Numbered from the stretch's first letter, positions 22,985 through 32,589 are shown. The stretch is 64,000 bases of DNA from an uncultured Bacteroidales bacterium (GCA_900318565.1 ONLD01000002.1:1861-65860); one strand, 5' to 3'. Notes: generated by a model from the letters alone, not told the origin. Numbers and translations: made by a program.

Positions 22985-25450
22985 ATGACAATGAAAAAGT
23001 TAGTTAAAACCATACTGGTCGCAGCGGCCGTTCTTGCCGCTTTCGCTTGCAGTAAGGAAGTCCGCACTGAGACTCCTGCCGCCACCCCCGGGGCCATCCG
23101 TTTTACCGCCACTTTGGACCAGCCTGTCAAGGCAACCCTCGACGCTTACAAGGTATGCTGGGAAGAAGGCGACGTCATCGCAGTTTACAACGGCTCAGTT
23201 TGGGCCAACTCTACAGCAATCTCAGATGCCGACATCGAAGATGGTGGCCGCACCGCATCCTTTACCGTTTCTATCGGTGAGGCAGACTCGTACACTCTGG
23301 TCTATCCGGCATCTGCCATCTCTTCCGCCGCCCTGCCCGACGGCGCCCCCGCTGGCTCCATAATGCTCACCCTGCCCTCCGCACAGGTGATTCCCGCGGG
23401 CGGAACCATCGACCCCGCCTCACTCGTGCAGGTAGGCACAAGTACCGAGCCCACCAAGGTTACATTCAAGAATGCAGTATCGCTGGTGGAGTTCAAGGTT
23501 CCCGAAAACGGCATCTCTTCCGTATATCTTGAGGGCTTCACTCCAGAAGGTGGTGCCATCAGGATGTCAGGTGACGCACCTGTCGCCGTCGAACCCGGCG
23601 TCGCTGCCGGAACCGATCCTATCCTAAGCGTGAGCGGATCATTCACCGCCGGCCAGAACTATTTTGCCGCGGTATGGCCCCAAGCCGCAGTAGGGACTCT
23701 CCGTTTCTGCTTCTCCAAGGGCTCGCAGAAGGCCGTCCGCTCCGGGACATCGGCAGCAGGCTTCGACCTGCCCGTCAGCGGCGGGCGCAAGTTCGAAGAC
23801 TTCGGAACGCTTTCCTGGCTAGACAAGATACGCACCAAGGCTGACCTTGACCTTTGGGCCTCCATAGCCAACTTCTACGCCGCAGGCGAGGTGGCGGAAC
23901 TCGCAGCCGACATCAACTACGGCGGCGAGACCTGGAAGCCCGTCAACGGAAACGCCAATTCCGGTCATTTTGCCGGTATCTTCGACGGAGCCGGACACAA
24001 CATCTACAATATCGTGATTTCCGACGACGATCAGTTCCCCGGCTTCTTCTCCACACTTGCATCCAACGACAAGATGCTCCGCGTCAGGAACCTTACTCTG
24101 GGCCGTGACGGCGACCAGAGTTCCCTTGTAGTTTCGTCCTCGAGCAACGAGAATGCCGGCGCCCTTGCCGGCCGCATCAAGAATACCATCATCCAGAATG
24201 TTACGAACAACATTCCCGTCACCTACACAGGAGTCATTTCCAGCGGCACTCCAGTATTCGGAGGTCTGGTAGGCCGCTCTATGAACAATTCAGAGATCAG
24301 CTCCTGTACCAACAACGGCAATGTCGTAAGTACAAGCACTGGCGCGGGAATGTACTTCGGCGGAATCGTTGGCACGATCTACGACAATACAATAATCAGC
24401 AACTGTACCAACACCGGCCGCGTGGCCCGTGACATAGCTTCTACCAACAAGGGAGTTGTCGTATATGGAGGCATACTTGGACGTACCGGCAACGAAACCG
24501 ACGGATGCGTCATCACCGGATGTTCCAACACCGGCATAATTGAAAACACTGTCAATATCAAGGCCGGCCAGATATACTTCGGAGGTATTGTGGGTATGGA
24601 CGGAAGCGTTGCCACGGAATCCACCAAAATAAATCTCCAGGTTCTCAACTGTACCAACGAGGGCGCCATCAAAGGATTCAACCAAAGCCAGGCGTCTTAT
24701 GTTGCTGCCGGTGGCATAATGGGCCGTATGTCCAATGCCAACCTTGTTCAGGAGTGCGTCAACCTCGGCCCCGTAACAAAGTTAGGCAACCACTCAATTG
24801 AGGGCTGCTACGGCGGAATAATAGGTATGACTTCCGACGAGAACGGCCTTGTCAAAGACTGCATCAACGGCAAGAGCGGCGACCCAACCAAGGGCGCAGT
24901 ATCAGACATCCTGCAAACCGCTGGCAAGAATGAGCGTCTGGGCGGTATTTCGGGTTTCGCCCAGAGGGGCAATTACGAAGGATGCACCAACTATGCCATC
25001 GTTTCCTCTGCTGACGGCGCCAAACAGACCTATGTGGGCGGACTTACCGGCAACAGCACCGTAGGCAAGTTCAAGAACTGCTCAAACTTCGGCGATGTGG
25101 TTGTAGAAGCCCAGGCTGTTGATGGTATGATCCGCAGCGCCGGCGGCCTCATCGGCCTCCAGAATGGCAGCGCCAACGACAACCTCACCGGAGAGGGATG
25201 CGTCGTACAGTGCCGCGTCAGCTGCGGCGACGCCGTCAACGCCGGAATAGTTGTGGGACGCTTCTCCAACTCGGTCACCGCCGTGTGGGGCACATCTGCT
25301 TCGCCTATCAAGGTCAAATCCGGCTGCTCCGTCAACGACACCAATGTAACCGCATCCAACTACGGCTCTCTTCTCGCCGGTTCCGCCTACGGCATCACCG
25401 CCTCCGGCGTCGCCAGCGGCAACAACACTATTTGGGCAATATTTGAATAA
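22985..25450 (+). CDS. Surface lipoprotein: fimbrillin-like N-terminal module plus about 10 GLUG-type repeats
   Basis: 821 aa with lipobox LAAFACSK. The N-terminal module carries KVCWEEGDVIAVYN...LVYPA. The C-terminal half has periodic GG(L/I)xG motifs: FGGLVGRS, FGGIVGTI, YGGILGRT, FGGIVGMD, AGGIMGRM, YGGIIGMT, LGGISGFA, VGGLTGNS, AGGLIGLQ. Confidence 0.8.
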   Translation: MTMKKLVKTILVAAAVLAAFACSKEVRTETPAATPGAIRFTATLDQPVKATLDAYKVCWEEGDVIAVYNGSVWANSTAISDADIEDGGRTASFTVSIGEADSYTLVYPASAISSAALPDGAPAGSIMLTLPSAQVIPAGGTIDPASLVQVGTSTEPTKVTFKNAVSLVEFKVPENGISSVYLEGFTPEGGAIRMSGDAPVAVEPGVAAGTDPILSVSGSFTAGQNYFAAVWPQAAVGTLRFCFSKGSQKAVRSGTSAAGFDLPVSGGRKFEDFGTLSWLDKIRTKADLDLWASIANFYAAGEVAELAADINYGGETWKPVNGNANSGHFAGIFDGAGHNIYNIVISDDDQFPGFFSTLASNDKMLRVRNLTLGRDGDQSSLVVSSSSNENAGALAGRIKNTIIQNVTNNIPVTYTGVISSGTPVFGGLVGRSMNNSEISSCTNNGNVVSTSTGAGMYFGGIVGTIYDNTIISNCTNTGRVARDIASTNKGVVVYGGILGRTGNETDGCVITGCSNTGIIENTVNIKAGQIYFGGIVGMDGSVATESTKINLQVLNCTNEGAIKGFNQSQASYVAAGGIMGRMSNANLVQECVNLGPVTKLGNHSIEGCYGGIIGMTSDENGLVKDCINGKSGDPTKGAVSDILQTAGKNERLGGISGFAQRGNYEGCTNYAIVSSADGAKQTYVGGLTGNSTVGKFKNCSNFGDVVVEAQAVDGMIRSAGGLIGLQNGSANDNLTGEGCVVQCRVSCGDAVNAGIVVGRFSNSVTAVWGTSASPIKVKSGCSVNDTNVTASNYGSLLAGSAYGITASGVASGNNTIWAIFE

Positions 25451-25604
25451 ATTAATACGCAATATTATGATAATCAACAACTTATATACCCCCCCCAGAT
25501 CACAATCCGCCTAATTGAAAGTACTGGCATACTATGCGAAAGCAACATCCAGTCCAGAAGAGTCATCTCTGGTAATTGGGATGAAGAATAACACAATTCC
25601 TGCT

Positions 25605-27413
25605 ATGAAAAAGTATTTTGCTATCATTTGCCTGGCGATGGCAGCCATTGCCTGCAGCAAGGAGTCTGTTACCGAGACCCATCCCGAAGCCGAGGGCGTG
25701 CGCACCGTTACTCTGACTGCAACTCTTCCGTCAACTAAAGTCAACGTTGACCTTGAAAACAATGGCAAGGTCACTTGGAGCAGTGATGACAAGATTGCCG
25801 TCTACAATACCTACGGAGACAAATTTGAATTCACCGTGAAAGAAGGCGCGGGTACTGACAATGCTACTTTTGAGTGTTCTAGCTTCACGGGAACAATTGC
25901 TGACATTGCGGTGTTCCCTTATGACTGGGCCGGAGACACTATGGGCGAAATCACCATCCCTGAGTATAGGGAGAGAACTGATGACATTCCTGCCGTGATG
26001 GCCTCAAAAATTGAGGGCGGAGACGGCTCTGAAGTAAGTCCCCTGTATTTTAACAGCCTTATGGCCATTATTGAATTCACAATCAAGGATGTTCCTGCCT
26101 ACGCTTGCGCCTTCAAATTATGGTCCCAGAGTGGAGCACAATTAAACGGAACATACACAATAAACGCTTCAAGAGATGCCTTGGAATCAGTGCCTGTAAG
26201 GAATTCCGGTCAAATTATTTATTTCCCGTATAAGACTGCATATGGCTCTGATGCAACAGTTAAAGTATATGCTGCCATTCCGGCTTATGAATACAAAGAC
26301 CTTCGCATAAGAGTATTGGACGGTGATGAAGATGTAATAGAAGGCACAAGCAAACTTATTCCTGAAAGCAACTTCAAAGGACAAAGTGCTGATGCCTACA
26401 TTACTATGCCGGAGCTGAACATACGTTCTATGGTAGGCAGCGCCCGCGACAACTTCGTGAAGGTTGAGGGCATCAAGTGGGCAAAGGGAAATTTGAGGGC
26501 CTGGAAGGATGGCGGAGATGATGGCACTGGTGACGGCTGGGTAACGGGCTGGAATATTTACGGACACCAATGGGATACTCAATATGCCTTGATAAATGAG
26601 AGCGTTGATGGTTCTTCTGTTTCATATACTATCAATAATAGCAATTATAAGGAAGGCAATATTTATACCCATTGGGATCATTTTAGTTGGGGAACGTTAG
26701 GAAGAGCTTCAAGGGTTCACAACTGCCCGATTATATGTGACGCTAAAGAATTTGATCTTTGGGGTAAAGTTTTTGACTTAGAAGGAAGTACATCCGGTAC
26801 AGTTTCTTCTGCGACAACCGTATTAACCGGAGATAGTCAGTGGATTGAGAATGAAACTTTCGGAACTGTAAATCCTACCTATGCCGGAGATGTTGCATAT
26901 TGGGCCAGCAAAGGCCAGTACCGTATGCCAAAAAGTAGCGAGATTATCAAATTGTATAGCAAAAAGGGAGAAGTCAGTGAAAGAGCAAATATGCTAGTCG
27001 GTTATTATAAAGATGGCGAAAAAATTATTAATGGCCACCTGTTTACGTCTACACCTATCCATTGGAATTCCACGCCCAGTTACAATACAGAAGCTTGCGA
27101 ATTCACGTTAGCGGATATTGAGTCTGGTCTATTCCTTCCATCAAATGGGATACGCGGAAATATCGGAACTTCTCCAGGGACCTTCTCAGCAACAGGCGTT
27201 AATGGGTACAATGCATGGGGTGGTTATTGGTGTGGCAATTTCGGAGGAGATATAGAAACTGATATATACAAGAATAACGCAAGATGCATTTGTTGGAAAA
27301 CCGACAACGAACTAATGTATGGTTACACAGTTTCTATCAGTAATTCTAGCGGGATTCTGTACACTGGCAATACAAAAGTCGGCAACTGTATCCGCCCGGT
27401 ATATATCCCGTAA
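25605..27413 (+). CDS. Surface lipoprotein: fimbrillin-like N-terminal module plus divergent FISUMP/DUF1566-like C-terminal domain
   Basis: Likely start MKKYFAIICLAMAAIACSK at 25605; the tracked ORF begins at an upstream TTG at 25515. The N-terminal module carries GKVTWSSDDKIAVYN...AVFPY. The C-terminus carries KWAKGNL, GDVAYWASKGQYRMPKSSEI, GLFLPSNGIRG, GGYWCGN and CIRPVY. It is a paralog of 27705-30599. Confidence 0.85.
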   Translation: MKKYFAIICLAMAAIACSKESVTETHPEAEGVRTVTLTATLPSTKVNVDLENNGKVTWSSDDKIAVYNTYGDKFEFTVKEGAGTDNATFECSSFTGTIADIAVFPYDWAGDTMGEITIPEYRERTDDIPAVMASKIEGGDGSEVSPLYFNSLMAIIEFTIKDVPAYACAFKLWSQSGAQLNGTYTINASRDALESVPVRNSGQIIYFPYKTAYGSDATVKVYAAIPAYEYKDLRIRVLDGDEDVIEGTSKLIPESNFKGQSADAYITMPELNIRSMVGSARDNFVKVEGIKWAKGNLRAWKDGGDDGTGDGWVTGWNIYGHQWDTQYALINESVDGSSVSYTINNSNYKEGNIYTHWDHFSWGTLGRASRVHNCPIICDAKEFDLWGKVFDLEGSTSGTVSSATTVLTGDSQWIENETFGTVNPTYAGDVAYWASKGQYRMPKSSEIIKLYSKKGEVSERANMLVGYYKDGEKIINGHLFTSTPIHWNSTPSYNTEACEFTLADIESGLFLPSNGIRGNIGTSPGTFSATGVNGYNAWGGYWCGNFGGDIETDIYKNNARCICWKTDNELMYGYTVSISNSSGILYTGNTKVGNCIRPVYIP

Positions 27414-27540
27414 GATGAACGACAGTAATCAACACATTAGGTAAAGATGAAGACAGTAGCTCTGATGTTTTTGTCTGTATGTGTACTGGGGCCTACAACA
27501 CCATCTAGGCAACTTTTGCCGCAGAGTAATGGCATCTGGT

Positions 27541-27577
27541 CGGGCAAGGTCCTGTTTTAGGACGGGGACCTTGCCCG
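27541..27577 (+). promoter_or_regulatory. Strong hairpin in the intergenic region between the two paralogous lipoprotein genes
   Basis: CGGGCAAGGTCC (27541-27552) is a perfect inverted repeat of GGACCTTGCCCG (27566-27577), with a 13-nt loop. No clear T-run follows. Confidence 0.45.
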
Positions 27578-27632
27578 GCGATATGCCGCAGAGAGCAATG
27601 AGAGAGTGATTGGCGGGCAAGGTGTTGTCCTG

Positions 27633-27666
27633 CCGGCCGTCCTCAAATAGGGCCGGTTTTGAGGAC
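27633..27666 (+). promoter_or_regulatory. Second nested hairpin in the same intergenic region
   Basis: GTCCTCAAA (27639-27647) pairs with TTTGAGGAC (27658-27666). An alternative overlapping stem pairs CCGGCC (27633-27638) with GGCCGG (27651-27656). It lies 39 nt upstream of the ATG at 27705. Confidence 0.45.
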
Positions 27667-27704
27667 AAACGGAGGAAAAACGGAGCAATAATTAAGGAAT
27701 TGAT

Positions 27705-30599
27705 ATGAAGAGAGTCTTTTTGATATTGTTAGCCACCGGGCTGATGGCTGCCGGATGCAGCAGGGAGCCTGCGGGTCCTGAGGTACCTGCTGAGGCGACC
27801 GACGGCCGCACCCTTGTCTTGACGGCCTATGCCCCGGCCACCAAAGTATCCGTGGCCACCAGCGGTAAAGTTTCCTGGACTGCCGGTGACGAGATTGCCC
27901 TGTACAACAGTTCGGGGCAGAAATTCAAGGCCATCCTGACCGCGGGCGCGGGCACTTCCCAGGGCACCTTCACCTGCACTTCCTTCAGCGGGGCTCCCGG
28001 CCCGGCGGCAGTCTATCCTTACGCCCTCGCAGGTGACTCACCCGGTACCGTCACCATCCCCCACATAAGTGAGCGTAGTGATAGCACTCCCGCCCTTATG
28101 GCCTCCAGATTCAGTATGGAGGGCAGCCAGCCCGGCAGCCTGTATTTCAAGCACATAGCCCCAGTCATCGACATAACGCTCCACGATATCCCTGCATACG
28201 CCAGGGCGCTGGTGCTCAACGCAGAAGGGAAACGGATTAGCGGCGAATTCAACTTTGATACCTCCATCCCAGGCCCCATAACGACCGACGGTATTAATTC
28301 TACACAAATAATCACATTCCCCGGCGGGGCTGGCTATGGTTCTGACTTGCACTTCCGGCTCGCCATCCCGGCCGGGGAGTATTCTTCCTTGTACATCACA
28401 ATGCTTGATGGTGATGAGACCCCCATCGAAGGCCTTGAAAAGCTTAAGTTCAGCAGCACCTCTGCAACCCTCTCACCAGCAGACTACCTTGCGATGCCCA
28501 CTCTCAACGTACGCTCAAAGTGCACCCGCAGCAGCGCCGTGCGCAAAGTGGAAGGCACCTGGTGGGCGGCCGGCAACTTGATTGCTGACGGGAAGACCTC
28601 CGAGGGCTTCCAGAGCGGCTGGCGCCTGGGCTCGAAGCAGTACGAATTCCTGGGCTGCGACCAGGTGGGCACAAGCGGCACGGGCGTCACCATCACCCAG
28701 TCATCCTCCGCCTTCGACCGCTTCAACTGGGGCGGAATAGCAGGAGACGCCTGGAAGCCGGACGCTGGCTATATGCTCCCCAACGATGCAAAATTCAGCA
28801 TCGCCGGACGCTTATTCAGAGCCTCCAAAGGCAGCGGCGAGGACATTGAGGCTTCCGAGATCAGCGGAGAGGACTGCTTTGCAGTTCCTTCCGGCGGCTC
28901 GTTCGCTACCGGCAGCGAGCTTCACGGCGACGTGGCCTTCTGGGCCAGCAAAGGGCAGTACCGTATGCCCACGGCGGCCGAAATCTCGGTCCTGCGTGCA
29001 GGCAGTTCTTCTACCAACGCCAGCGGCAAGGCTGGATACGTCAATGTCGGCGGCAACCGCATCTACGGCATACTGCTGACTTCCACCCCGTCCTGGGAAA
29101 GCTCCACCCTCGAAACCGATGCCGTGGAACTCACTCCCGCCGACCTGGAAAGCGGACTGTTCCTGCCCAAGGCCGGCCGCGGCCGTTACATCAGCGGCAG
29201 CAACACCAACAAAATCTACTACGTCAACGCCCAGGGATATTACCGCAGCGGCACCTTCTCGGGGCTTGACCTGAGCAAGTATCCCGACTCCGACCACGCC
29301 ACCACCGTGCTCGGATTCCGCGCCGGGAACTCCTGCGACTATGGCTACACTGTGCATCTTAACAGCGATGCCGCCTACGGTGTAGGCCACGTGCAGAAGT
29401 GCCTTCCGATACGCCCCGTACTGTGCTCAAATGGCACTGAACCCGTCCCCGACCCGCTGCCGCAACCTGATGCCAGCAGTCTCTCCCCCTGGCAGAAGGG
29501 CTATCTGGACATACACGCCATCAACTCCGGCCGCGGCGAATGCACGCTGGTCATTATGCCCGACGGCACTTCCCTGATGATAGACGCCGGCGAATACTAC
29601 ACGTCCTCGGCCAAGGCCGTGGACCAGAAGCCCAACTCCGGCGTCCGTCCCTTCAAGGTATATACGACGTACGCAAAATACTTCCTGCAGGCCACCGGGC
29701 ACGAGTATCTGGACTACTTCCTGCTGTCCCACTACCACATCGACCATATGGGCCAGAGGCGCGACTCCTTCGGCAAGAGCGGCGACGGCTACTGCCGCAG
29801 CGGCGTTATGGCCGTGTATGACGACCTGCCCATCAAGAAGCTGGTGGACCGTTGCGGGCCCACCGCCACCCCCACTACAAGCGACTACAGCACAGATATT
29901 TACGAAGACTTCCGCCAGTTTGCCGAGTACCGGGAATCCCGGGATGGTATGGCCTGGTATGCCTTCAATTTGAACGCTAACGGCAACTACAAGAAGCAGT
30001 TCATCCCCAAATACGACAATTCCTACGACCTGACCGTGTATAACCTCGGAGCCAACGGCAAGTACTGGAACGGCAGCGGCTTCGGTACTTACAGCGGGTC
30101 GCTGACCGAAAACGGAGAATGCGCCACAGTGCTCATCTCTTACGGAGATTTCGACTACTACAGCGGCGGCGACTGCGCCTGCCAGACCGGTATGATGCAG
30201 CGGATTGTCAACGGTTGGGGAAACAAAGTGGAGGCAATGAAAGCCAACCACCATATGTACCACGACACTCTTAACGAGTCTGCAGCTGCAATCCTGCAAC
30301 CAAAGGTGACCGTAGCGCAGGTCTTCGATTCCGACAAGCCCGGCGATCCGGCTTTCAGCCTGCACAGACAATACGGGGACGTGTTCATTACCAACATCCA
30401 CTCCGGACGTCTTGACAACACCGCCTCCATCAAGGCAGGCACTCCGGTAGATGACCTGGGTTCAAAAGTCAAAGACTACGGCGGGCATTTCGTGATACGA
30501 GTGTCTCCGGGCGGACAAGAGTTCTACGTGTACAAACTGCGCGACACCGACTTCTCCTTCTCTGTAGAAGCAACATACGGACCATACACTTGCTACTGA
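27705..30599 (+). CDS. Three-module surface lipoprotein: fimbrillin-like N-terminus, FISUMP/DUF1566-like domain, and C-terminal ComEC-like MBL domain
   Basis: 964 aa with lipobox LMAAGCS. N-terminus: GKVSWTAGDEIALYN...AVYPY. Middle: WWAAGNL, GDVAFWASKGQYRMPTAAEI, GLFLPKAGRG, LPIRPV. From about 29480: LSPWQKGYLDIHAINSGRGECTLVIMPDGTSLMIDAGE, LSHYHIDHMG, YGDFDYYSGGD, EAMKANHH, GHFVIRVSPGGQEFYVYKL. Confidence 0.9.
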   Translation: MKRVFLILLATGLMAAGCSREPAGPEVPAEATDGRTLVLTAYAPATKVSVATSGKVSWTAGDEIALYNSSGQKFKAILTAGAGTSQGTFTCTSFSGAPGPAAVYPYALAGDSPGTVTIPHISERSDSTPALMASRFSMEGSQPGSLYFKHIAPVIDITLHDIPAYARALVLNAEGKRISGEFNFDTSIPGPITTDGINSTQIITFPGGAGYGSDLHFRLAIPAGEYSSLYITMLDGDETPIEGLEKLKFSSTSATLSPADYLAMPTLNVRSKCTRSSAVRKVEGTWWAAGNLIADGKTSEGFQSGWRLGSKQYEFLGCDQVGTSGTGVTITQSSSAFDRFNWGGIAGDAWKPDAGYMLPNDAKFSIAGRLFRASKGSGEDIEASEISGEDCFAVPSGGSFATGSELHGDVAFWASKGQYRMPTAAEISVLRAGSSSTNASGKAGYVNVGGNRIYGILLTSTPSWESSTLETDAVELTPADLESGLFLPKAGRGRYISGSNTNKIYYVNAQGYYRSGTFSGLDLSKYPDSDHATTVLGFRAGNSCDYGYTVHLNSDAAYGVGHVQKCLPIRPVLCSNGTEPVPDPLPQPDASSLSPWQKGYLDIHAINSGRGECTLVIMPDGTSLMIDAGEYYTSSAKAVDQKPNSGVRPFKVYTTYAKYFLQATGHEYLDYFLLSHYHIDHMGQRRDSFGKSGDGYCRSGVMAVYDDLPIKKLVDRCGPTATPTTSDYSTDIYEDFRQFAEYRESRDGMAWYAFNLNANGNYKKQFIPKYDNSYDLTVYNLGANGKYWNGSGFGTYSGSLTENGECATVLISYGDFDYYSGGDCACQTGMMQRIVNGWGNKVEAMKANHHMYHDTLNESAAAILQPKVTVAQVFDSDKPGDPAFSLHRQYGDVFITNIHSGRLDNTASIKAGTPVDDLGSKVKDYGGHFVIRVSPGGQEFYVYKLRDTDFSFSVEATYGPYTCY

Positions 30600-30601
30600 T
30601 T

Positions 30602-31420
30602 ATGAATGACTTGTTCGACCTTAAGGGAAAGGTAGTGGTGGTGACCGGAGCCTGCGGAGTGCTGGGCTCGGCCATCGTCAGCTACTTCGGGCGCCTGGGC
30701 TGCAAAGTGGCGCTCCTGGGCCTGGAAAGGGCCAGGGAAAGGAGTGAGAAGCTGATTGCCGGGCTCGAAGGAACGCCCGGCGAGGCTCATTTCTTCGCCT
30801 CGGACGTGCTGCGGGAAGATACGCTGCAGCAGAGCCGGGAGGAAATCCTGCAGCGTTTCGGCACCATAGACGTGCTCATCAATGCCGCAGGAGGCAACCT
30901 GTCAAGCGCCAACGTTGGCCCGGAGCAGACGCTCTTCGATATGGACATCGAGGCTATGAAGCAGGTTTGCGAGCTGAACATCTTCGGCACCGTCATCCCC
31001 ACAAAGGTCTTCCTCAAGCCTATGACGGACAAAGGCAGGGGGTCGATTATCAACTTCTGCTCTATGTCCTCGTTCCGGCCCCTTACCAGGGTGGCCGGAT
31101 ACGGAATAGCCAAGGCCGGGATAGCCAGCTGGACGCAGTGGCTCGCGGGCGAGCTTGCCGCCAAGTTCGGCGAGGGACTCAGGGTGAACGCAATCGCCCC
31201 GGGATTCATCCTCACAGGCCAGAACCACTCGCTGCTCGTCAATCCCGACGGATCCCTTACGGACCGCTCGCAGAGCATCATCGCCCATACGCCCATCGGA
31301 AGGTTCCTCAAGCCCGACGAGATACTGGGCGCCATACACTACCTCGCTTCTGACGCATCAGCCGCCGTCACCGGTACAATATCGGTTGTGGACGGAGGCT
31401 TCAACAGCTTCTCTATATGA
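30602..31420 (+). CDS. Short-chain dehydrogenase/reductase, likely UxuB-type D-mannonate oxidoreductase
   Basis: The [24 protein letters not shown] Rossmann motif (TGxxxxxG) and YGIAKAG (YxxxK) are present. The gene lies immediately upstream of and overlapping uxuA. Start is taken at 30602, 2 nt after the upstream stop. Confidence 0.8.
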   Translation: MNDLFDLKGKVVVVTGACGVLGSAIVSYFGRLGCKVALLGLERARERSEKLIAGLEGTPGEAHFFASDVLREDTLQQSREEILQRFGTIDVLINAAGGNLSSANVGPEQTLFDMDIEAMKQVCELNIFGTVIPTKVFLKPMTDKGRGSIINFCSMSSFRPLTRVAGYGIAKAGIASWTQWLAGELAAKFGEGLRVNAIAPGFILTGQNHSLLVNPDGSLTDRSQSIIAHTPIGRFLKPDEILGAIHYLASDASAAVTGTISVVDGGFNSFSI

Positions 31421-32589
31421 TACTTATGCGCGAAAGCTGGCGCTGGTTCGGGCCCTCCGACCCGGTGCCCCTGGAGCATATCCGGCAAACGGGCGTGACG
31501 GATATCGTACACGCCCTGCACCACATTCCCAACGGGGAGGTATGGCCCGTGGAAGAAATACGCCGCCGCCGGGCGGACATTGCGGCCCAAGGCCTCGAGT
31601 GGAGCGTGGTGGAAAGCGTTCCGGTGCACGAACACATCAAAACCCGAAGCGGGGACTTCCGGCGCTATATTGACAACTACAAGCAGACTCTACGCAACCT
31701 GGCCTGCTGCGGCATAAGCTGCGTAACCTACAACTTTATGCCCGTGCTGGACTGGACGCGGACCGACCTCGCCTGGAAGCTGCCCGACGGCTCGCAGTGC
31801 CTGCGCTTCGAGCGTGCCGCACTGCTGGCCTTCGACCTTTTCATCCTCGGCCGCAAGGCTGCGTTCCAGGAATACACGCCTGCAGAGACAGAAGCGGCGC
31901 GGGAGCGGTATTCCCGTATGAACCCCGCTGAAATACAGGCACTTACACACACAATACTGGCAGGTCTGCCGGGAAGCGAAGAGAGCTTCACCCTGGAGCA
32001 GTTCCGCTCCGAGCTGGAGCGCTACAGCAGCATAGGACCGGAAGAACTGCGGTACAACCTGACTGAATTCCTTAAGGAAGTATGCCCTGTGGCCGAGGAG
32101 GCCGGAGTACGGCTGGTCATCCATCCCGACGACCCTCCGTTTCCCATCCTGGGCCTGCCCCGCATTATGAGCACCGCGGATGACTTCCGCAGGATCGTCG
32201 CCGCCGTGCCATCCCCTTCCAACGGACTGTGCTTCTGCACGGGATCGCTGGGAATACGCCCCGACAACGACCTGCCGGCAATGCTTCGGGAGTTCGGGGA
32301 CAGGGTGGACTTCGTGCATCTGCGCAGTGTCAGGCGCGATGCCGCCGGGGGATACCTTGAGGACAATCACCTCGAAGGGGACGTCCCTATGGCGGATGTA
32401 ATGAGGGTCCTGCTGGAGGTGATGCAGGAGCGCGGTTTCCGTATCTTCTGCCGCCCCGACCACGGTCACCGAATGTGCGACGACCTTGCCCGTTCTTCCA
32501 ATCCGGGATACTCGCTTTACGGCCGTATGAGAGGCATAGCCGAACTGCGCGGCCTGCAGATGGGAATAGCTAATTCAATGAAACAATGA
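31417..32589 (+). CDS. uxuA: Mannonate dehydratase
   Basis: The N-terminus (M)[39 protein letters not shown] closely parallels E. coli UxuA (MEQTWRWYGPNDPVSL...HHIPNGEVW). About 390 aa. An alternative start is at 31426. Confidence 0.92.
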   Translation: MILMRESWRWFGPSDPVPLEHIRQTGVTDIVHALHHIPNGEVWPVEEIRRRRADIAAQGLEWSVVESVPVHEHIKTRSGDFRRYIDNYKQTLRNLACCGISCVTYNFMPVLDWTRTDLAWKLPDGSQCLRFERAALLAFDLFILGRKAAFQEYTPAETEAARERYSRMNPAEIQALTHTILAGLPGSEESFTLEQFRSELERYSSIGPEELRYNLTEFLKEVCPVAEEAGVRLVIHPDDPPFPILGLPRIMSTADDFRRIVAAVPSPSNGLCFCTGSLGIRPDNDLPAMLREFGDRVDFVHLRSVRRDAAGGYLEDNHLEGDVPMADVMRVLLEVMQERGFRIFCRPDHGHRMCDDLARSSNPGYSLYGRMRGIAELRGLQMGIANSMKQ

